A stretch of DNA of 15,444 nucleotides, taken from the NCBI GenBank assembly GCA_041690135.1, contig JAWLHY010000024.1, forward strand, positions 1-15,444, given 5' to 3'. Each line of letters starts with the position of its first letter. Position 1 is the first letter of the stretch. The notes under the pieces are model-generated. The model saw only the letters and a list, made by a program, of their open reading frames with translations, did no database searches and was not told the origin of the DNA. Position numbers and translations under genes: made by a program. Shown here one piece after another: positions 9,396-15,444 of the stretch. The DNA comes from Armatimonadota bacterium (GTDB lineage: Bacteria; Armatimonadota; SYMT01).

Positions 9396-10370
9396 ATGCC
9401 TGTCTTGACATTCCACCAGGCGATCAATGCCGCGCTGCGCGAGGAGATGCGCCGGGACGAGCGCATTATGGTGATGGGGGAGGACGTCGGCCACGTGGGC
9501 GGAGTCTTCCGCGTTACCGAAGGGCTTCAGCAGGAGTTCGGGGAAGAGCGGGTCGTCGACACGCCGTTGAATGAAATCGGGATCGTTGGGGCAGCCATCG
9601 GTATGGCCATGACCGGCATCCGTCCCTGCATCGAGATCCAGTTCTCGGACTTCATCTATCCGGCGTTCGACCAGATCGTGAACGAACTGGCGAAGGTGCG
9701 CTACCGCTCGGGCGGGCAGTTCTCCGCCCCGGTAGTCGTCCGCACCCCCTACGGCGGCGGAGTGCGCGGCGGACATTACCACTCGCAGAGCCCCGAAGCC
9801 TACTTCGTTCACACCGCGGGGCTCACGACGGTGATCCCGTCCAACCCCGCCGATGCCAAGGGCCTGCTCAAAAGCGCGATGCGGAGCGAGGACCCGGTCA
9901 TCTTCATGGAGCCGAAGCGCCTCTACCGCAGCATGCGAGAGGAAGTGCCGGAAGGGGAGCATCTGGTGCCGCTGGGGAAGGCGCGGATCGCGCGCGAAGG
10001 TTCCGACGCAACCCTGCTGTGTTACGGCGCGATGGTCCCGATCTGCCTGGAGGCGGCCAGTCGCGCGGCCGAGAGCGGTACCGAGCTGGAGGTGATCGAC
10101 CTCCGCACCCTCTGGCCGGTGGACATCGAAAGCATCCTCGCCAGCGTGCGCAAGACGGGCCGCGTGGTGGTTGTGCACGAAGCGCCGCGGGCCTGCGGGT
10201 ACGGCGCGGAGCTGGTCGCGCAGATCGCCGAGCGGGTCATCGAGTACCTCCAGGCGCCGGTGGTCCGGGTGACCGGGCTGGATACCCCGTTCCCATACAC
10301 CCTGGAAAGCCACTACGTCCCGGATGCCCAGCGGGTGCTGACCGGCGTCCAGCGCGTACTCAAGTACTAA
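9396..10370 (+). CDS. bkdA2: 2-oxoacid dehydrogenase E1 beta subunit
   Basis: GEDVG..GGVFRVT.GL, DTPLNEIGI, EIQFSDF, GGGVRGGHYHSQSPEA, EPKRLYR, EVIDLRTL; GAGGAG SD. Confidence 0.92.
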   Translation: MPVLTFHQAINAALREEMRRDERIMVMGEDVGHVGGVFRVTEGLQQEFGEERVVDTPLNEIGIVGAAIGMAMTGIRPCIEIQFSDFIYPAFDQIVNELAKVRYRSGGQFSAPVVVRTPYGGGVRGGHYHSQSPEAYFVHTAGLTTVIPSNPADAKGLLKSAMRSEDPVIFMEPKRLYRSMREEVPEGEHLVPLGKARIAREGSDATLLCYGAMVPICLEAASRAAESGTELEVIDLRTLWPVDIESILASVRKTGRVVVVHEAPRACGYGAELVAQIAERVIEYLQAPVVRVTGLDTPFPYTLESHYVPDAQRVLTGVQRVLKY

Positions 10371-10382
10371 CCAAAAAAACCC

Positions 10383-11684
10383 ATGCCGTTTGAGTTCAAG
10401 CTGCCCGATCTGGGCGAAGGCGTCCACGAAGGGGAGATCGTTCGCTGGCTGGTGCGCGCGGGAGATACCGTCACTCCCGATCAGCCGGTTGTCGAAGTGA
10501 TGACTGACAAGGTGACGGCGGAACTGCCGTCGCCCGTGGCGGGAAAGGTGATCCGCCTCGGAGGCGAACCCGGAGACATCCTCCGGGTGGGTGAAGTGCT
10601 CGTCGCCATCGACACTTCGGGTCTCGCGGAAGAACCGAACGGCGGATCGCAACCCGCCGCGATGGCGGAGCCCGCGGTAAGCCCAGGGCGCGGGTCGGAA
10701 CGGGAACCGGCGCGGCCGCGAACGCCCTCCAGTATCGCCCGCGCCATGCCGGCGGTCCGCCGCCTGGCACGGGAACTGGGCGTGGAGTTGGAGTCAATCA
10801 CCGGGAGCGGGCCGGAGGGCCTGATCACGGAAGCGGATGTCCGCGCTGCGGCGACACCGCGCGATGTGCCGGCGGTCGTGCCGCCCGAAGCGACACCGCA
10901 TCCGGCAGCGCGACCTGCCACGGCGAGCGAAGCTCCGACCGAACCTCCGGCGGAAACCCCCATGGGAACGCGCCGGATCCCGCTGCGGGGAATGCGCCGC
11001 ATCATTGCGGAGCACCTGGTGAAGAGCCACCAGACCACGGCGCCTTACACGCTGGTCCAGGAAGTCGATTTCACGGAACTGGTGCGCTTCCGGGAACGGG
11101 TCCAGCCGATGGCCGAACGAGCCGAGGTCCGCATGACCTATCTCCCGTTCATCGTGGCGGCGGTCGGGATGGCGCTCCGCGAGCACCCGGAACTGAACGC
11201 GACCTCCGACGAGGCGACCGGAGATCTCATCGTCCACGAAGCGCAGCATGTCGCCATCGCCGTGCACACGGACCAGGGCCTGGTGGTGCCGGTGATCCGC
11301 CACGTAGAGCAACGGAAGCTGATCGGTCTGGCCAAGGAGATCGAACGGGTCACGGAGCGGGCGCGCGCGGGCACCCTCACGCTGGAGGATGTCCAGGGCG
11401 GGACCTTCTCCGTCACGAGCCTGGGCGCCATCGGCGGGGTGATGGGCACCCCCATGTTGAACACGCCGCAGGTCGCCGTGCTGGGTGTACATAACATCGC
11501 CCCGCGCGCCGTAGTGCGAGATGGGGTAGTGGTACCGCGCCAGATGGGTAACCTTTCCCTGACACTGGACCATCGCTACATCGATGGCTACGGCGGGGCC
11601 ATGTTCGCCCAGACGCTGGTCCGATATCTGGAAGATCCGGCCCTGATGCTCTTCCAGCTTTCCGAGTTCGGCGGACCGGAGTAG
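10383..11684 (+). CDS. bkdB: Dihydrolipoamide acyltransferase E2 (single lipoyl domain)
   Basis: Lipoyl domain FKLPDLGEGVHEGEI...EVMTDKVTAELPSP; subunit-binding domain PAVRRLARELGV...GSGPEG.IT..DV; Pro/Ala linkers; catalytic DHRYIDG. Confidence 0.92.
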   Translation: MPFEFKLPDLGEGVHEGEIVRWLVRAGDTVTPDQPVVEVMTDKVTAELPSPVAGKVIRLGGEPGDILRVGEVLVAIDTSGLAEEPNGGSQPAAMAEPAVSPGRGSEREPARPRTPSSIARAMPAVRRLARELGVELESITGSGPEGLITEADVRAAATPRDVPAVVPPEATPHPAARPATASEAPTEPPAETPMGTRRIPLRGMRRIIAEHLVKSHQTTAPYTLVQEVDFTELVRFRERVQPMAERAEVRMTYLPFIVAAVGMALREHPELNATSDEATGDLIVHEAQHVAIAVHTDQGLVVPVIRHVEQRKLIGLAKEIERVTERARAGTLTLEDVQGGTFSVTSLGAIGGVMGTPMLNTPQVAVLGVHNIAPRAVVRDGVVVPRQMGNLSLTLDHRYIDGYGGAMFAQTLVRYLEDPALMLFQLSEFGGPE

Positions 11685-11714
11685 ACGGACGGGAGAAGAC
11701 CGAAGCGAGGGGAT

Positions 11715-12884
11715 ATGAAAGCCGTTATCGTCAGCGCATGCCGGACCCCGATCGGCGCATTCATGGGCGCCTTGAGCCCGCTCACCGCGCCGGAACTGGG
11801 GGCTGTCGTGATTCAGGAAGCGGTCCGCCGGGCCGGCGTGGAACCGGCGGAAGTCGAGGAAGTGCTGATGGGGCACATCCTCTCGGCGGGAACGGGCCAG
11901 GCCCCCGCGCGCCAGGCGGCGATGAAGGCCGGGTTGCCTCCGACGGTTGGGGCGTTCGGGGTGAACAAGGTCTGCGGCTCCGGCTTGAAGACCGTAATGC
12001 TGGCGGACCAGGCGATCCGCGCGGGAGACGCCCGGATCCTGATCGCCGGCGGGATGGAGAGCATGTCCAATGCACCCTACCTGCTCTCCCGCGCTCGACA
12101 GGGTTACCGGCTCGGCCACGCCGAGCTGATCGATTCGATGATCCGGGACGGCCTGTGGGACGTGTATGGCGACTACCACATGGGCGCCACAGCCGAACTC
12201 TGCGCCAGCGAGGGCAGCGTCAGCCGAGAGCGGCAAGATGCTTTCGCCGTGCGGAGCTATGCACGCGCGCTGGCGGCCCAGGCATCCGGTGCTTTCGACG
12301 AAGAGATCACCGCGGTCGAGGTCAAGCAGGGCAAGAAACAGGAGATCGTTTCTCGCGACGAAACACCCCGGGAAACCACCGTGGAAACGCTCGCCGGACT
12401 GCGTCCGGCCTTCCAACCCGATGGAAGCGTGACAGCCGGCAACTCCAGCAAATTGGCGGACGGCGCCGCGGCCGTGTGCGTGATGGCGGAGGACGAAGCG
12501 GAGCGGAGAGGACTGCGCCCCCTGGCGCGGATCGTGGCCAGCTCCACCCACAGCCGCGAGCCGGAACGGATCATGATGGCGCCCGAGGGAGCCATCCGCA
12601 AATGCCTCGCGAACGCCGGGTGGGATGGGGCCGATCTCTACGAGATCAACGAAGCGTTCTCAGCCGCCGCCGTGGCCCTGATGGACGCGCTCGAGCTGGA
12701 CCCGGAGAAGGTGAACGTCCACGGCGGTTCCGTGGCCCTGGGGCATCCCATCGGCGCAACCGGGTGCCGTCTCCTGGTCACGCTGCTTCACGCCATGGAG
12801 CAGCGCCAGGTGCGCACGGGCGTCGCCGGTCTCTGTCTCGGTGGCGGGGAGGCCGTGGCCCTCGCGGTGGAGCGCTGCGGGTGA
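11715..12884 (+). CDS. Acetyl-CoA C-acetyltransferase (thiolase)
   Basis: [13 protein letters not shown] (catalytic Cys), [26 protein letters not shown]; GAGGGG SD. Confidence 0.95.
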   Translation: MKAVIVSACRTPIGAFMGALSPLTAPELGAVVIQEAVRRAGVEPAEVEEVLMGHILSAGTGQAPARQAAMKAGLPPTVGAFGVNKVCGSGLKTVMLADQAIRAGDARILIAGGMESMSNAPYLLSRARQGYRLGHAELIDSMIRDGLWDVYGDYHMGATAELCASEGSVSRERQDAFAVRSYARALAAQASGAFDEEITAVEVKQGKKQEIVSRDETPRETTVETLAGLRPAFQPDGSVTAGNSSKLADGAAAVCVMAEDEAERRGLRPLARIVASSTHSREPERIMMAPEGAIRKCLANAGWDGADLYEINEAFSAAAVALMDALELDPEKVNVHGGSVALGHPIGATGCRLLVTLLHAMEQRQVRTGVAGLCLGGGEAVALAVERCG

Positions 12885-12885
12885 C

Positions 12886-13752
12886 ATGCAAGTGATCGAC
12901 GTCAACGCTATCCAGAACGTGGGCGTCGTCGGCGCCGGCACGATGGGGAGGGGGATCGCCCAGGTCTTCCTCGCGGCGGGCTGCACCGTCCAACTCCACG
13001 ACGTCGACGCGGAGCGGGTGGCGCAGGCATGCGAACAGATCCGGGCGGGCTTGCAGAAGTGGGAAGCCAAGGGCGTCATCGCCGATGCCGCCGAGGCCGG
13101 CAAGCGCCTCCTGACCCGTAGCCGTCTGATGGACCTTCAATCCTGTCACTGGGTAGTTGAGGCGATCGTCGAAGATTACACTATGAAGGCGGAGGTTCTC
13201 CGCGCCCTGGGACGGCTGTGCCGGCCGGAGACGGTACTCGCCAGCAACACCTCGTCCATCTCTGTGACCCGGCTCGGCGCCGCCAGCGGTCGCCCCGAGC
13301 GCACCATCGGAATGCACTTCTTCAACCCCCCGCCGGTGATGCGGCTGGTGGAGGTAGTCCCCGGCCTCCGCACGGCTCCCGAGATCCTCGACCTCACCCG
13401 CGCGCTCGCGGAACGCCTCGGCAAAGTACCGATCGTCTCGCGCGACCGACCCGGCTTTCTCTCCAACCGCATCCTGATGCCGATGTTGAACGAGGCGTTC
13501 TGGGCCCTCGAGGAAGGCATAGGCACGGCGGAAGACATCGACCAGGTGATGAAGCTCGGCATGAACCACCCGATGGGGCCGCTGGAGCTCGCCGACTTCA
13601 TCGGACTGGACGTCTGCCTGGCGATCCTGGAGGTCCTGCACCAGGAGTTCGGCGATCCCAAATACCATCCGTGCCCGCTGCTGCGAAAGCACGTCGAAGC
13701 CGGCTGGCTGGGCCGGAAGACGAAACACGGGTTCTACGAGTACCCGGAGTGA
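12886..13752 (+). CDS. hbd: 3-hydroxybutyryl-CoA / 3-hydroxyacyl-CoA dehydrogenase
   Basis: Rossmann GVVGAGTMGRGIAQ, VEAIVE, LASNTSSIS, GMHFFNP, PGFLSNR, HPMGPLELADFIGLD, GWLGRKT. ATG 12886 lies 1 nt after the thiolase stop and is preferred over ORF-track start 12841. Confidence 0.93.
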   Translation: MQVIDVNAIQNVGVVGAGTMGRGIAQVFLAAGCTVQLHDVDAERVAQACEQIRAGLQKWEAKGVIADAAEAGKRLLTRSRLMDLQSCHWVVEAIVEDYTMKAEVLRALGRLCRPETVLASNTSSISVTRLGAASGRPERTIGMHFFNPPPVMRLVEVVPGLRTAPEILDLTRALAERLGKVPIVSRDRPGFLSNRILMPMLNEAFWALEEGIGTAEDIDQVMKLGMNHPMGPLELADFIGLDVCLAILEVLHQEFGDPKYHPCPLLRKHVEAGWLGRKTKHGFYEYPE

Positions 13753-13756
13753 GGCA

Positions 13757-14893
13757 TTGGAGGACGACCCGGAAAGCGTCCTGTGGCTGCGCGAGGTACT
13801 GGCGGACGTAGTTCGCGACTCCATGACGCGTGTGGCGGCACTGAACACGCTAACACGCAAAGAAGGAGCCGCGGCTTACCCCCGACTGATCGCAGCCCTG
13901 GAAGATGCGGACACCGCCGTTGTGGAGGCGGCGGAAGTCCTTCTGGTAGAGATCGGGCCGCCCGTGGTCCCCACCCTCGGGGCCGCGATGTTCCGCACCG
14001 AGACGGCACGCCCGGAGAAACTGGCGCGAGTCCTTGGCCGTATCGGCACCCCTTCAGCGGTGGAGCCGCTCTGCCACGCTCTGGCAGCCCCATCCCGGGT
14101 TCTCCGCAAGCACGCGGCCCAGGTGCTGGGAGAGCTTCGCCCACGGGAAGCCGTGGAACCGCTCTGCCAGGCGCTGAAGGATGAGCCAGGGGTGAGTAAA
14201 ACGGCCGCGAACGCGCTGGCGGAGATCGGAGATCGCCGGGCCGTGGAACCGCTCTGTCGGGCGCTCCAGGACTATGAGATCATCGCGGCCGCCGCGGCAG
14301 ATGCCCTGGGCCGGCTCGGAGATCCCGCCGCAGTCTCCGCGCTCGGGGAGCTTCTGGCAACTTCATGGTCCCCGCTTCAACGCGCTGCATGCGAGGCTCT
14401 TGGAAGGATCCGCAGTCCCGATGCCGCACCGTTCCTCTGCCGGGTGCTCACCGACGACATCGCGGACGTCCAGAGAGCCGCCGCCGAGGTCATCCATACT
14501 CTTGGAGCCACCGCAATGAGCCAGGGTCTGGCCGAGCGGGACAATGCGGATCTCCTGGAGCCCCTCGCGCATGCCCTCTGCTCCGCACCTTATCCCCGGG
14601 CGCGAGCCGCGGCTGCGATCGGCCTCGGCGCCTGCCGCCGTCGCGAGGCGCACGCGACACTCCGGGCACGCCTGCGACCGTTGATAGGGGAGCGGGACAG
14701 TTCCGTGCTCCCCTTTATTCGCACCGCTCTGGAGCAGATCGAGCGGGAGACGGACGTCCTCGCCAGCCGCCCCATTCCCAGCCAGGCACCGCCGAGTGAC
14801 CCGAACAACCTGCCACTGCCGGCAGATGATGTCCGGTTCCAACGAGAAACCCTGCCGTTAGCCTCGCAGCCAAAACCATCCGGTGATCCATAG
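13757..14893 (+). CDS. HEAT / PBS-lyase-like repeat protein with Pro-rich tail
   Basis: Repeated ~30-aa helical units ending A..LG.IG...AVEPLC.AL (AVEPLCHAL, AVEPLCQAL, AVEPLCRAL). TTG start 4 nt after the hbd stop, with GGAG upstream. Confidence 0.82.
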   Translation: MEDDPESVLWLREVLADVVRDSMTRVAALNTLTRKEGAAAYPRLIAALEDADTAVVEAAEVLLVEIGPPVVPTLGAAMFRTETARPEKLARVLGRIGTPSAVEPLCHALAAPSRVLRKHAAQVLGELRPREAVEPLCQALKDEPGVSKTAANALAEIGDRRAVEPLCRALQDYEIIAAAAADALGRLGDPAAVSALGELLATSWSPLQRAACEALGRIRSPDAAPFLCRVLTDDIADVQRAAAEVIHTLGATAMSQGLAERDNADLLEPLAHALCSAPYPRARAAAAIGLGACRRREAHATLRARLRPLIGERDSSVLPFIRTALEQIERETDVLASRPIPSQAPPSDPNNLPLPADDVRFQRETLPLASQPKPSGDP

Positions 14894-15016
14894 AAGGCAA
14901 GTGCATCCGCTGTCTAATCTTCAACAACGACCCCCTCCGTGTTTGGGTCCGACCCTCCCGGGGTATGTTGTCTTCACCAGCCGGATTCGAGTGGCGAGAA
15001 CAGCCCGAGAATCCTC

Positions 15017-15045
15017 TTGACACCGAAATCACCCTGGAGTATTCT
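15017..15045 (+). promoter_or_regulatory. Tandem promoter P1
   Basis: TTGACA (15017-15022), 17 bp, TATTCT (15040-15045). Confidence 0.75.
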
Positions 15046-15113
15046 ACGGGTCCCGTAAGGGGAGCGACCCGCAAGGGCCGCGGCGGAACCGTTGAAAAAC
15101 GCAAACATAAGTG

Positions 15114-15142
15114 TTGACAACAAGTCCGCCATCCGGTAAGAT
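15114..15142 (+). promoter_or_regulatory. Tandem promoter P2
   Basis: TTGACA (15114-15119), 17 bp, TAAGAT (15137-15142); A-rich GAAAAACGCAAACATAA upstream. Confidence 0.85.
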
Positions 15143-15274
15143 AGCGAAGTCGGCCGGCCCCTCGGGGCGGGTGGACCCCGGGAGAGCCCGGTTCCGCGGA
15201 AGCGAGGACCCGGAAACCCCGGCAGGCCGAGGGGAGCCGGAGTAGCGCGCAAACGAGCCCGCGAAAAAGCGCTC

Positions 15275-15303
15275 TTGACAGCCGGAGAGGCTCCCAGTAA
15301 GAT
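15275..15303 (+). promoter_or_regulatory. Tandem promoter P3
   Basis: TTGACA (15275-15280), 17 bp, TAAGAT (15298-15303); CGAAAAAGC upstream. Confidence 0.85.
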
Positions 15304-15376
15304 ACGGGAGCCGACGGGGGGAACCCCGAAAGCCGCCGGAAAGAAGCCGGCCGGAAGGAACTTCCGAAAAAGCTTC

Positions 15377-15405
15377 TTGACAGCGAGTTAAGGATCGGAT
15401 AAGAT
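15377..15405 (+). promoter_or_regulatory. Tandem promoter P4
   Basis: TTGACA (15377-15382), 17 bp, TAAGAT (15400-15405); CGAAAAAGC upstream. Confidence 0.85.
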
Positions 15406-15444
15406 AACGGTCCTGATGCTTTGAGCCCCGCGAGGGGTTGACAA

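Noticed and set aside
9258-13860. Long minus-strand ORFs (464, 585 and 360 aa) and alternative-frame plus-strand ORFs over the dehydrogenase operon
   Set aside because: They fully overlap well-supported genes and have the composition of shadow ORFs.

Overview
GC-rich bacterial chromosomal window made up mostly of housekeeping genes. In order: a sigma70-type promoter overlapped by two tandem NrdR boxes, driving nrdR and nrdJ (class II, B12-dependent ribonucleotide reductase); about 1 kb of accessory sequence with a nested inverted repeat of REP-like palindromes and a truncated DUF559-type endonuclease; tRNA-Ser(GGA) with its own promoter and terminator; a PIG-L family deacetylase convergent with murI; an operon of 2-oxoacid (probably branched-chain) dehydrogenase E1a/E1b/E2, thiolase, 3-hydroxyacyl-CoA dehydrogenase and a HEAT-repeat protein; and, at the right edge, at least four tandem near-consensus promoters, most likely the leader of an rRNA operon outside the window. 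The most unusual items are the palindrome/DUF559/tRNA cassette and the promoter array, whose -10 boxes are flanked by inverted repeats. All calls come from motif reading only; no searches were run.
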